Notes under the pieces: generated by a model
The model's input: the letters and a program-made list of their open reading frames with translations, nothing else
Databases searched by the model: none
What the model was told of the DNA's origin: nothing
Part shown: positions 50,501 through 64,000 of the stretch, piece by piece
Position numbering within the stretch: the stretch's first letter is position 1
How the letters are laid out: the number at the start of each line of letters is the position of its first letter
Assembly: GCA_024679065.1 (NCBI GenBank)
Contig: JAGIQG010000014.1
Location: 52,948,001-53,012,000 of the forward strand
Length of the DNA: 64,000 bases
DNA from: Sphyrna mokarran
Taxonomy: Eukaryota
Direction: 5' to 3'
Made by a program: the position numbers and the translations under genes

Positions 50501-52120
50501 TTCTGCTTTGAATGCTGCGGAGCACTTCCCGTGATGATGTGAAGTAACAATATTTTTTTGGGAAGGGAAATGAAAAGGAGAGAACATCCCTATGACCGGT
50601 CCATGCAGCCTGCCCAGTTCACTCCTGTTGCTTCAAAGATCGACCCTTCGCCGTGACCTTTCCCGGTTATTTTGAGCACCGCTCCCCCCCCCCCCCCCCC
50701 CCCCCCTCACAAGCACAACCTGAAACACTCCACTTTGAATGTAGATGTGTGTTGGCTCGTTCAGAAGCTGATCGGTCAGTTTATACAGATCTGCAATTAT
50801 TTTTACTTCAAAAAAAGCAAGGAAACTTTTTCTGAAGGAAATATGTCGAGATTTCAACAGCCCATTCAGAGGTTTCTTGGCAATTCCATGTGTAAATCTT
50901 TGATGGCATTTCGGAAGGAAGAAAACGCGCGCGAGAAATAAGATACGGCAAAGAACTTTTAAGTAAAAAGGTGTCCATAGCTAGCAGGGAGTCCATTACT
51001 GATCAGATATACCACGGGAATCCGAACAACCAATTTAGATCAGTTGGAATGTGCGTCGTTTTTAATGGTGCACGGTTTAAATCATGCACTTTTCAAACCA
51101 TAATGTCATTATTGGGCGATCCACCGCCGGTAATCAGAGTTGTTGGTGTGTGTGGGAACAGCAATAGATGTTAGATTCCTTTGGATGCGTTTAGTTACGA
51201 TTGTGCGAGCGGGTCTGATCTGCATAACCGATTAAACTGATTATGGTATGAAGATATTTCTAGATCGGGTTTATAACCATGCTGATCCCAGCATAATCCT
51301 CATTCATGCACAACATTCTTAGCTGAATAAATATCTGCAACATTCTGGAATACAATTCTTTGCCAGGATTATTGACTATGGTTCATTAGAAGTTACTGAT
51401 AGGCGCAAACCGCCTTGAAATCTGAAGCAGAAATATACTATTTCCTTAGGATATTGAATTCCTTTAACATCAAGGTGTTTTCCATATCGGAAAATATCTA
51501 ATGCAAGGCTTTTTTTTTCTCTCTCTCTCTACTGTCTAAAATGCTTCCACAGTATTGTCCTTTATGTTTCTAAATAATGATTTCCCATCTTTAACTCAAT
51601 GCCTCTGTTAACTGAGGAAGGCATGTCCTTTTACCATTCAGTTTGCAAACTCAATATTGTTTGCAACTGCCTCTCAAAGCCATAGGCCGGCTATGCTGAA
51701 TAATAAGAGTTATCAATTGCTGATTTGCATCTTTTTTATTTAACGAGTTTGAGTTTTAAAAAAAACGCTCTGGAGTATTGTGAGACTTTGAGAACAGTCA
51801 CGTGGCCAAAGGCATGCACCTGGCAAGAACAGCCACCGATTAAAACCCATCTGTGTCTGAAGCTCTTTTATGGGAAATACCAGAATATATCGAAAAGTGA
51901 GAACTAACTAAATTAAACGCAGTTAATGGCGAGGTTGCAACGGTTATTTTTCAGCTTGTTTTCCGTTCTTTGTAACTATGTCTCTGAGTTTGTTTCTCAA
52001 TTTAACTTGTGAATGAATGGAATATTACTTTGAAATAACGGCATCGGGTTTTTTTTATATGCTAGCATTGCAGGGGAACAAGAATCACTTAAGTCGCGCG
52101 TCCATGCATAATGAATACAT
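47600..52120. promoter_or_regulatory. Second CpG-enriched block 6-10 kb upstream of Pitx1; candidate enhancer region
   Basis: Frequent CpG (e.g. aacgcgcgcgag, gtcgcgcgtc) and dense TAAT-core motifs. Confidence 0.45.
47795..47930 (-). mobile_element. Short Penelope-like terminal fragment; relatives at 1965-2050 (+) and 46045-46135 (-)
   Basis: Shared motif gatgaaggagcagcgct.cgaaagct...aaataaacc.gttggactttaacctggtgttgtga. Family assignment is from recall. Confidence 0.55.
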
Positions 52121-55049
52121 GATACCAGAAACCTGCTGATTCGGTCAGTAAATGCATTTGGGGGGCGGGGGGGCGGGGGTGGGGGTGGTGGTGGTGGTTG
52201 GGGGGTGGGGGTAGGGAGGCTGAGTCAGGAACATCTCTAGAGGATCCCAAGGCTAGGCCTGAGCAAAGTTAGCTGATCTCAGCTGGAATGAGGATGGGTC
52301 CTGACCTCGGTGTACTTAGGTGAAGAAGATGTAGAATTGATGAATGTATTGGATCCTGCTGGAAGTTTTAAAAGTAATTTATTATGATAGTGAGAATGAA
52401 CTCCTCTTATTAAGAAGTCGGTAAGAATAGTCAATCATTTTTTTGCCTCTTGATCTTGGAATGTAAGTAACACCGGCAAGGCCACCTTTAATATGTTGTA
52501 ACCTGAAAAGATAATGATGGATTTTTTTTTTACTAAGAGTGAACAGAAATGTTTTAAGGTACACTGCTACATACAGAGGATAGCTAAACGTGGAATGAAT
52601 TTTCCATAGGAATGGCTGAGACAGAGACCATTGCATATTTTAAAGGAAAATCTGATCAACGTGTAGAGGCAGAGGAAGGTACAGAACTACGAAGAGAATG
52701 TAATGCAGTGGCATTAGTTTGAATTGTATAGTGAGCAATTCACATAGACTAATGGCCTTCTGCGTATTAAACTTTTATGCTCTGTGATAACACTGTATTG
52801 ATGCCTGGGTTACAATATACATGTGACAAGGCATTGATGTTCCATGTTGTTAATTAAATCTTGGCTCCCACATGAAGAGTCACTTTAGTGAGATACCAGA
52901 CCAATACCATTGCCTTTGAAACTATTCAGTAGCCATGAAGCCACTGCCATTAAGATATGAAGGAGGAAATTGGAAGGGAAATATGAATAAGCCTATTTCT
53001 TGTGGGTTTTCATTCTCTTTACGATGTTGTGAAGTACAATATTCTAAAAGAGTCAGTATGCATATGTCATACATGCTGCTTCCTGTAGAATTGTATTAAG
53101 CATAATCACTTGCAGAAACATAAATGTTGTAATATCCAAAACAATTGTTTTCTAAAATTAAATACTTTTTTTTATTCCATCTCCTTTTAAAAATAATTGA
53201 TTATATCTATGAGGGAGAGAAGGAGATAGAAATGTAAAGTAAAATTTTCAAAATTGAAATCCGTTGGAAACTTGAAGATTATTGTTTTATTTCCAGAATC
53301 TGGACTTCAGTCAAACTCTTATTGATGAGAAAATCATTTTTACATTCTTACATACACCTATTCTTTCTCTTTTTAAACTATTTAAGAATTTAAGTGAGTT
53401 AATTTTGGAAAAATGCCAATCTAGCTCCACATAACAATGAATCCAAGACATAAAACAGCCTATAATTTGATAATAAATTAAAACTATTTCTCAGGAAATA
53501 CATAAGGGTGGCTTACTTTAGAAGAATAGAAAAGTATTGCAGTGAATGTTAGAGTGGAGAATAACATGCAAGGATCCAAAGGTATACATTTTCCAAAACT
53601 GTTTAGAGGAAGTACTGTGCTACTTAACCCATTCTTATTTAATCATTTCAAGGATTAACGTTTGGAAGCAGTTGTTCCTGTTATAGTTGTAGCTAACCAT
53701 TTGTTTAATTTAAATCTGTCGTACTGGATATGGGTAGCATATGAGTTATGAAACTGAAAAAAAACTTTATAGTCAGTTCCACTATACTAATAGGCTTCCT
53801 GATGATGAATAAAGCCCTTTTTAAAGAATGTTTTAATGATTATTCTTATTTCTGCTTTAATTGCTGCAACTCTTGCATTGAGAACTAGCATGTACTTAAT
53901 TTCTGTTTATATTAATTCCTTGGAATGCCATCAGTATATAATAAATTCATTATCCATTATATCAATAATACTTCCCTTCAGTCCTTTTGATATTTTAGGG
54001 ATTGTATATTGCAAAGCTAAGTTTTCCAAAACAATCATATGTTGTGATTGATAGATGATACCAGTCAAGTATTTGATTATTTTGCCCTTGTTGAGCAAAT
54101 GGACTCACAGCATCTTTGTTTAATTTAACATATTGAAAAGTGGATAGAATTGGAAAAAGCATGAGTATAATTTAAGTGTACAAGTGAGTTCATGGAGTGT
54201 TTCAATGGTTGATGAATGTCAACATAATTCTAAAATGAATCTGTTATTTATTTTTTATAATGTATTCCAGTCAACATTTAATGCTATTATGTAAACTTCT
54301 TTTTACAGTCAGTTGATCTTAGATATAATTTATCTAATCTATGTGAGTCATGTAGTATGACGGTCACAAAAATATACCTACAAATGTTTGACATGACCTT
54401 AGTGCTCCATTTACAGAGGAAAGAATTAGTGTAGATTTGTATACTTTACTTGAGCTATTACAATGACTCCAATGAAAAACTTGAATATTTAATCTTGACT
54501 GTTAAATATTTTACATTTTATATAGTTCAGTTAAGCTGTATGTCTTATTCAGAATATTCATAATAATGAAGTAATTGCCTGCCAGTTCTATTAATCCCAT
54601 TGCTTTGTTGTCTTATCTGCATAATATTTAATTTTGCACTATGTGTGATTCCAGTTTATACTGATGGCAGATGTAGGTATCAGATGTTTATTGGTAAAAT
54701 TTCAATTATTTAGAAGTAATATATATTGAAATGAACTGAAAAATTAATATTAATTAGAAATTTACATGCCACAATTAAGAATTCATACAATAAATAATAT
54801 GTGCAATGATTACAACTTGTTCAAGATAATGTGGCCAGCATTATAGTTTACAGTACAGCCTAATTTTAATTGATAAAAATAATTTTTGAAAATTTTTATG
54901 CTGAACACAGTGGTAATTCTGGTTTAATAGTGTGATTCTATCTTCAGCCTCAATTGTGTGTCAGCCAGGATTATGTTTTCAAGCATTACATAGCCTCTGA
55001 CTGGAAGGGAAGAAATAAATTACTTTCCAGAATTGGTTATTTATTCTTG

Positions 55050-55360
55050 ATGGTCTAGTGGTATTATCACTAGACTATTAATCCAGAAACTCAATTAATG
55101 TTTGGGGACCTGATACCACTATGGTGGAATTTAAATTCAATAAAAAAAGTCTGGAATTAAGAATCTATTGATGACAATGAAACCATTGTCGATTGTCGGA
55201 GAAAAAATGTCCTCTATGGAAGGAAATCTGCCATCCTTACCTGGTCTGGCCTATATGTGACAGCTGAGCCACAGCACTGCGGTTGACTCTCGGGAAAACT
55301 AGTGATAGGCAATAAATACTGGCCAGCCAGCGACGCCTATGTCCCATGAATGAATAAAAA
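55050..55360 (+). mobile_element. SINE-like interspersed repeat; reverse relative at ~48865-49140, shared tail at 7050-7400 and 440-520
   Basis: gtggtattatcactagacta...gaatttaaattcaataaa...ggcaataaatactggcc..gtcccatgaatgaataaaaaa. Confidence 0.6.
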
Positions 55361-57649
55361 AATCTGTAGCCAACATTAAAACATTTTGGCCTTGATATAC
55401 TTTGAAAAGTTTTGATCATTACGCTTATTTGGACAACAATGTTTCTAACTAGCAATTGAATCTGAATATTTTAGTAAAATGTTCCATTTTAGACACACAA
55501 TGTCTTGATAAATGCATTTGGGTGACTTTTCCATTATTGCAAGCAACATCGCATACAATGTCAAAATATACATGAAGTCATGAAATGCGATACCACTATG
55601 AAAAAATGAAACTTCTTTTTCAGCAATTGCAGTGAAAGACTTTGTAGATATTTCTCACTAAAATAAGGCTTTTATTATTAGTTTAATACTAAAGTAATTG
55701 ACTGGTATTTTCCATAAAGTGGGACTTCATATAATGCGATCCCCAAAAACTCAGTTACGTCCCAGAATTTCCTATAATGCTGTGTAATTAAAAAGGAATT
55801 ATGTCTAATTCGATCATAAGATTTAAATTATGGCAGTGATCTCCAAATTTCATAATGAAAATAAAATGTCAAACAGTTAATGTTAACAATGCAGCAGAAT
55901 TAATTAAAATCTTACCAAATGTAATGTTTTACTGTGTATATTTAACCTCACAAGGATTAATGTCCAGGGCTATGTTTACGATACAGCTCATGGTCCCGAT
56001 TCTTAAAGAAATCATATGCAGCCAAGGAAACACCCAGAAAATCCAAGCTATGATTTTAAATATCCAGCATCTCCCTCGTTTTTTCTCAATGTCATACTAT
56101 GTAATGCTTAAGTAAAGGCGAAAATATTAATTTGATTTGATTTATTATTGTCACATGTATTAGCTTAGAGTGAGAAGTGTTGTATCTTGCATGCTATATA
56201 CACAGAGCATACCGCTCATGGAGAAGGAAACGCGAGAGTGCAGAATGTAGTGTAACAGTCATAGCTAGGATGTAGAGAAAGACCAACTTAATGCAAGGTA
56301 GGTTTATTCAAAAGTTTAATGGCAGCGGGGAAGAAGCTGTTCTTGAGTCGGTTGCTACGTTGAGCATGTCCAACATGATTTTTTAATTCTCAACGATCAA
56401 AAATCGATGCCATTCACAAAACAAATGTAGAAATGTTGAACATTTAGGCTCTAACACAATGCTAGGTTCAATTGAGTTTACAAGTTTTCGTCTCGCCGTT
56501 TACGATGCCAAATGAACCATTCGAAAAATATATCCCGATATCATTCATTCATTATATGATTCCCTTAAATTTATAACACTCCTTTCCTCTTTCATCCGTA
56601 CATTTATACAAATGATTTATTTTTAAAACAGAGAAGACCTATAAAATTTCAATTGCAAAAGATTAATTCATTCCATTTATAGCTGCCACAAACGACTCCC
56701 TTCTCGTTGAAAGATCTATACCAATGCCACTATTTGTTTTAATTACAGTTAGCTAAGTTTAGCATGCAGCTCGCTGAATAAACACCTCTGCCAACTTCAT
56801 CCTAAAGCAGGTAACAGTTTGGCTGCTTCTAATAAACATTTAAATGATAACATTTTGAATTTGTCCATTTAATCTAACAGAGGAAAGTGATAATCACGTT
56901 ATGTCGTGTCGACTTTCTCTAAATGCCCGATATCACACACCCGTGTGCTTAAATTGTAGGAATATAACTCATTTTTTGTTCACAAGTGTGAAGTCAGAAG
57001 TATATTTAACTACAGAGCTAGGACTATTTTTCGGCGAATTCATACGTTCCTCCCGGTAACTAGAATGTGATCCAGCGTCGAACCACACCAAACCCCAATC
57101 TCACCGCCTTCCTCAGTCCTGCTGCCCTTCCAATCCATGTCTGCATCACATGTTAAGGTGTCACCCCAGCCCCAACCTCAATTCGGCAGAGGGATTTGAT
57201 GTCTTCCTTCGTCGAGTTGCTCGTTGAAAACAAATTAAAATAATTGCTCGAATGCATTCTGTTCTTGTAGGGAAGACTCAAAAAGTAATCCTCATTTTAT
57301 ACCCATGCAATAACATTGAGCCCCAGGTATAACAAGAAGTGCTGACACTAGAAGTAGGTATTGATATGAAAGGCTGGACAATGCAAAATGTCACTTTGAA
57401 AAAGGTAATTCTTGAGGTAAGCGAGAGGGAAATCACAGAACGTAGTGGGATGTGATAAAATGCATCAAACACTAACTCTAACCCTCATTCAATCCGAATA
57501 CCAATCTATTTTTGATTATGTTTTAATGCAAAATTATTTTACAACCAGAATAAAGTTGGCAGTCAGAAAACGGAATTATTTTATGATTCTAATTCTGGAA
57601 ATATTTGTAATTCGTAATGCATTAATTATTAATGTTTTAGGATTTCTAA

Positions 57650-58224
57650 ATCTTGGGCATGGGCCATTACTGTAGAGGCTCTGAAATTACGTGGCAATTA
57701 TCGTCTACCTGTTCCTCGAAGGGCCGAACAGCCCGCCCCTGCGTCTAAGCCCCATGTTTATTGAATTTGGAAAGGAAATTCTTAACCGTCAGTTTGCAAT
57801 TGGACTTGTTTAACGGGCCCTGTTAGAAGTATTTATCTTGTGACTGGACGGACGCTGGGAGCTGTTTCCCCAGATTAGCTCAGTCGGTTCTGATGGTTTG
57901 TGGGTGGTGACTTATCAGCGAAAACTAGGAGGAATCTTCTGGCAGTGGGAGGAGTTCTATATCAGTTCCGCCACCTTATCCGGGCGGGTCATTCCTACCC
58001 TCGGCACAGTATACAAATCCAGCTCCTGCCTCCTTAACACAATCCACACAGGTTTCAAATGTTGGGCTGAAGCACTCAATCCGCCTGTTAGAAAAGGCAT
58101 CATGTTTCACTGAAGGAAACATATATATTGTTTGCCTGAACATTCGGATTTTATCCTATGGATTTAATTTAAAGAAATTGTCGATGTAACAGTAAAAGGA
58201 CGGTGAACTCTTTTTAAAGGTGCG
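57650..58224 (+). promoter_or_regulatory. Probable Pitx1 proximal promoter / 5' UTR
   Basis: CpG-containing sequence directly 5' of the start codon, with GC-box-like motifs (cccgcccc ~57732, gggcgg ~57982). The TSS cannot be located. Confidence 0.45.
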
Positions 58225-58369
58225 ATGAATGTAGAGAGACTAGCTGAAAGCGGAAGACCCCCGGCTCCCTGCGACATGGCTGCTTCCAGTTTCCCTTTGC
58301 TAAGGTCGGGTGAAAGCAGGGACCGGTTAGAAAACACCGCGAGCGACTCCTCGGACACGGAGGCAGCAG
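58225..58369 (+). CDS. pitx1: Pitx1 coding exon 1 (MNVERLAESGRPPAPCDMAASSFPLLRSGESRDRLENTASDSSDTEAA), phase 1
   Basis: Resembles the Pitx1 N-terminus (MSLERL...DM...F.L.R.....LENSASESSDTE). It ends at donor CAG|GTAAAG (GT at 58370). 145 nt leaves one G, which joins AT of exon 2 to give Asp. Confidence 0.88.
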
Positions 58370-59070
58370 GTAAAGGATGCACCGAATTCGTTGTGTTAGT
58401 TCGAGGAATGTTCCCGGGGAGGGGGACCTTCCCACCGACTCTTGATATCAAGTCTCCGGAATAAAGCCAGCTACTGAGACTCGAGTTGAGTCGAGTCGAG
58501 CCCTCGCGTAGAAGTGAAAGGGATGATGATATCCAGCACAAGTTTAAATAAACCCAAAGGTGAAAGGCAGGCTTCCGTGGAGCTAATTTTACCCGCCCCT
58601 TGCTTGAGACAGCGAGACTTTAAAAAAAAGTATGACCAATGAATAAAAGCTGTCATCAATAAAAAGGCATGCTGTTCTATTAAATGTTGGATGTTAATGT
58701 TTAACCTAGCTTGTTGACCCAGTGATAGAATGAAACAAGTTTCTGCGTTGCCTTGCTGATCTGCATGTTTGTAAGGGGCGATTTCATGATAAAGCGAAAT
58801 GCAGCCGACTATTATGCTCGGAACTGTCCGTGGACAAATTAACATCAACCGTTTAGAAGCGAGTACTAACTGGGGAGCTTGTTATGACCTGTTTTCTCCC
58901 TGACAGTAATCCACGTGAAGGAAACAATCACCAAGTGTGATCACTAAATCGAGCAACCTTAGTGATAATAATAGCAGCAGTGATGAATGATCTTTCCCTG
59001 ATGTTGCTGGGGTTTTTTTTTGATACAATCTGTTCACGGGTGAACCACTCGGTCTGCGACAATTTTGTAG

Positions 59071-59451
<381 letters not shown>

Positions 59452-61326
59452 TGATTGAATCGCACAGCTAGGATCTTGGATTCACCACATGTCGTTAAAA
59501 TGCATACGGGGTGTTAACCAAACATCACCATGTTTCTTGAGATCGCCATAGCAGGGATCAGGTGCAATGGAATACCTTATATGGTCAGATAATATTTGGT
59601 ACGATATTGTCAATGGGAGTACAAGATGCAACCCAGTAGTTTGGAATAATAGCGCCATGAGAATCTATTCAATAAGGGTTTTCAACATAACACTGTCCCA
59701 AATGTAATAGAAAGGAAATTTGAGCAAAGCAGCCCAGTCAGGCGTTCAATTTCCTCAACACGCCTTCTTTTTGGACCTCTATTCAAACCCCAGTAACGTC
59801 CCGGGGAATATTAAGAATATTGCATCGCAGCAAACTGGCTGATCGCACAAAGCCGTGGCCTTGAATTTTCGCTGCTCCATCACATCCCGCATGAGAACTG
59901 ATTGCATCATGCATTTTGTCACTAAACAAACTCGCGTGCTTGCCCCTGGGAACACCATTGACTAAGTAACCAGACAAGTTTTAATGTGTCGCAAACATTT
60001 GCAGTGTCAGCTCGATAGATGGAAGGGGGGAAAAGAAGCCCCGCTTCGGGAATAAATTTGTTCTCCAGCAAGCCAAACTGAGCTCACGATTGTTACAGTC
60101 ATTACTAAAGGAACACACTGCGTGTGTTAGTAAGTGAGTAATGAGCACCTATGTATTTCTCAGAGTGTTTTCACATGGAATACTGACAATAACCCCATTG
60201 TCTAGTATTTTTTCAGACCATAAAATTAGACACAAATGTTTTACAATTTTACTTAACCCTGCTATTACGAAATCTTACAACCTGTTCTTAAACTAATAAT
60301 TATCCAGTTAAGTTGCATGTCATTTTCTGTTAATTTTTCAGCAATAAGAATGGCAGAACACCCCAGTAGATTAAAAAAACTTGTTTCCCATATATGTAAT
60401 TTCTACATTAATGCAGTTTACAAGAGAACATCCATGGGAAAAACTTTGTCATTCAACTATTGCTGGTCATGTAGTTCCCTCCTGTATTTAGATAGATAAA
60501 AGATCATTTTAATGAAAGTAAATGAGGTAGGCTTCAACGGCTAGTGCTCTCTTTATATTGTATTATCCCAACAGATGACCATCGATAAAAAATTATTGGA
60601 TGTTTACATGTTTTAGATTGAATTTTCTTCAACGCAGCTGTTTTTTGCCCCCTCGAAAGCATAATGGGTTTTTTAACGATAATTTTAGAAGTCGTCCTGG
60701 TTGTAAAGTTAACAATGATGATCTGTGTTGTGCGTTATTTTCAGGGGAATGGAAGTGTGCCTTATTTTCACAATACCTGTAATTCACTTTAATGAAATTC
60801 AGAATCAATCATTTTACTGCATAACAGATTTAACTCTCTACAAAAAGAGCAGACCACGGATACTAACCCTTTCTAAAGAAATTAGCAATTGGAACGAAAA
60901 CCGAGCGATTTGCATTATTTTTTTAATTCAGCAATAGATTGACTAGAATGTCTGGAATAAACTACAATCTGTTAGCTTCTGTTTACATCTCTTGATAGTT
61001 TCAAATGGATAGGATTCTTCTGAACATTATTATTTTAATATTCACACATCCTATGCAATTTCTTAGTCCGGAGTTTCCATACTCAAGCCTCACATTTTAA
61101 TACATGTTCATAATAAGATCACATAAAGGAACACTGAGAAGAAGGCGTTTAAATTCCCAGTTCAAAGAATTTTAAACTATGAACTGCTAAATCCTTTGTG
61201 ATTTTTTCCCTGCGATTTCGGTAATTCTAGACAGTAGAATTAATCTTCTACTTTGCTCTTTATCAGTGACAGCCTGGTGCAGAAGAGGGCCGCAATTTTT
61301 AACCTGCTCCTTGTCTTCCTTCGTAG

Positions 61327-61875
<549 letters not shown>

Positions 61876-62620
61876 ATATGCAAAGATGACTGGACGTTCG
61901 ACACAGACTCACAGAAAGGGGGAAATAAAACTAAAACAGGATTTCATTGCAAAGTTTTAATGGCATTTTTAATCCCTCTCTTGGACTTCAAACACCGTTC
62001 TGTCCAATTCTCAAAAAAATATTTAACTGCAAGAACTTGAGTGCGTTTTTTTTAAAAAAAGAATATTCAGTCGGGTACAATAATTCGGTATCCTTGAAAA
62101 AATTTTTAAGCTTAAGTTTACTATTAATTCTGAACAATTGAAAGTGGATTTGTGTATATATAGAAATCAATTCTATTATTGTTACACGTTGCAATACATT
62201 GATAAATATAAAGTTTTAAAAATGTTTAAACAAAGAAAAAAATGCATGTCTGTTGCTGTACTCCAGATGAAGGAATGTTATACATTAGGCCATTCCTAAT
62301 TTCGCAGCAAATAAACCTACCTCTAAACTCTGGGACTCATTTGCCCCAAACATAAAAAAGTAATTCAATTTTAAAAAAGCATGTTATAAAAAATCTGACG
62401 TTTTACATAGAATTGCTTTTGAATGGATAGATTTTTTTAAAAAATTCCCCAACGGAGAGTATAAATATTATCTATATATGTTTTAAAAGCTGATTTTTTT
62501 CTCTCTGTGTCTCCACTTTGGGCCAATGTCACAGCGGCCGATTTCTCTTCCTGGTGGCATTTCGAAGCAGGGTTGTACAGTGTAGATTGCTGTAATAAAG
62601 TCTGAAAACATTGAAAAAAG
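61876..62620 (+). other. Probable Pitx1 3' UTR with candidate polyadenylation signals
   Basis: AT-rich, repeat-free sequence after the stop. AATAAA at ~61924, 62310 and 62594. The true 3' end cannot be determined from sequence. Confidence 0.55.
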
Positions 62621-64000
62621 AAAATTTACCTGGATGAATTGTTTTCTCTCCATCTCTCAGAACAATGTTTCTCAGAGCTAAGTGCGTTACGGTGGCAAGC
62701 CCAGCCTGGGGACGTTAGCTGCGATCCCTGATCATAAAAGGCCAGTTTCGGCCCTACTTCAATAAAACACGCGCTATTTTTTCCCACCTCTTAACAGTCA
62801 AGTATCAAGCTCGTTCAATTCTAACCGTGGTGAACAATGTACATGGATTGCTTTCATATACACGTGTTCTGTTTATACATCTCATGCCCAATTATAAACG
62901 TGGTTTATCAGGAGAGAGAGCTTTAAGATATTCCGCAACTCTGGAAAGCGATATGAATTTGCAAATGTGTTGAACCATGTCCGACTAGCAGCGAATCCAA
63001 TGACAAAAATGGAAAGCTTTCAAAACGCCACACGTTATTCCCTCCGCCGCCGCCTTGAACCCCTAAGAAGTGAGAGGGGAAGGGACACGCGAAGAAAGAA
63101 TTACAACGGACACTTCATTTTCACTTCGGGATCTGACAAGTTAACTCACCAGGATCAGCAGAAATGGTGAGACTGCTCGGATATTATTGCACTCGGACGC
63201 AGTGGAGTTTCTTCGTTTTGATGATGACATTGAAATATTAACCAGATTACAGTGTATGTAACGTAGGTTGTTCATAGCTCGACATGGTAAATAATAACCA
63301 AATGCAGCATGCAATTTAGTTTTTATTTGCTCTTTTTTTTAAGAAAAGACACGGTTTAGCAGTAGTGTCGGTGCAAAGAAACGATTTGTTCCGCCTCATT
63401 CATCGATGTCAAATTTTACCTCGCGTGAAGTCTAACATTGAAACAGTCCAAATGCCCCCTTGCCGCCCCCTTAGAACCTATATCTTGTTGGCTTCCGATT
63501 GCCCTGAAATCGGGAAAAGACGGATTTTTTTTATCAGAACAACCATTTAATTAGCAGAGATCAGGGCGACTCTTTCTGAAGCGCAAGTAAAATATATTAA
63601 ATTATTCGAATGGAGGAATATTATCAAGAATATTCTTCCTGTGTCTAGTCACAAGCTCGAATGTGCTTAAAACCGGAGAAGTGTTCCATAGACGAAATTA
63701 CAGATTACATACAGAGTGATCATGTATAAACGGAATTACATAATTACAATGCGGGTACAACCACAAGCGTTGATGCAAAGACGGGGTTATTTGTACATTA
63801 CCTAAAACCTCGACGCGGTGTAGGACTTGTATTACATTGTTTGCAGTGCATTGTCTAATGCCGAGGCAAGTCTACAGGCTATAATGTTCCTAATCCACAA
63901 CCCAGTTTGGGAGAACGGGAAGGTGCTCTCCGTTATTTGCTTCGACTTTCTGCAGAGCGCCTGTGAATCCCTGAACAACTAACATGGGGAGCAGGTAAAG

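Noticed and set aside
57715-57760. cccgcccc as a firm Sp1 core-promoter site
   Set aside because: The context (gaagggccgaacagcccgcccctgcgtct) also resembles a decayed CR1 3' tail (gggccgaatggcctactcctgctcct), so it cannot be asserted.

Overview
Eukaryotic, AT-rich, repeat-laden DNA, most likely from an elasmobranch (shark), judged by HE1-type V-SINEs, Deu-domain SINEs, CR1/L2 LINEs and Penelope-like tails. It holds one intact protein-coding gene: a 3-exon Pitx1 homeobox gene on the + strand (CDS 58225-58369, 59180-59385, 61327-61875; 900 nt, 299 aa plus stop; all introns GT-AG and in phase). The ~58 kb upstream is a gene desert. It contains three decayed two-gene PIF/Harbinger transposons, a family of short Harbinger-type MITEs, many nested SINE/LINE insertions, and two CpG-enriched, repeat-poor blocks (~19-24.6 kb and ~47.6-52 kb) that look like distal cis-regulatory DNA. 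I found no prokaryotic-type features (CRISPR, operons, rRNA, true tRNA) and no convincingly new biological system. The best leads are the unusual features of this Pitx1 protein (prolines in the OAR motif, Pitx2/3-like C-terminus, decayed first start codon) and the candidate enhancer landscape. Repeat boundaries were read by eye and are approximate; comparisons to known proteins and repeat families are from memory, not from a search.
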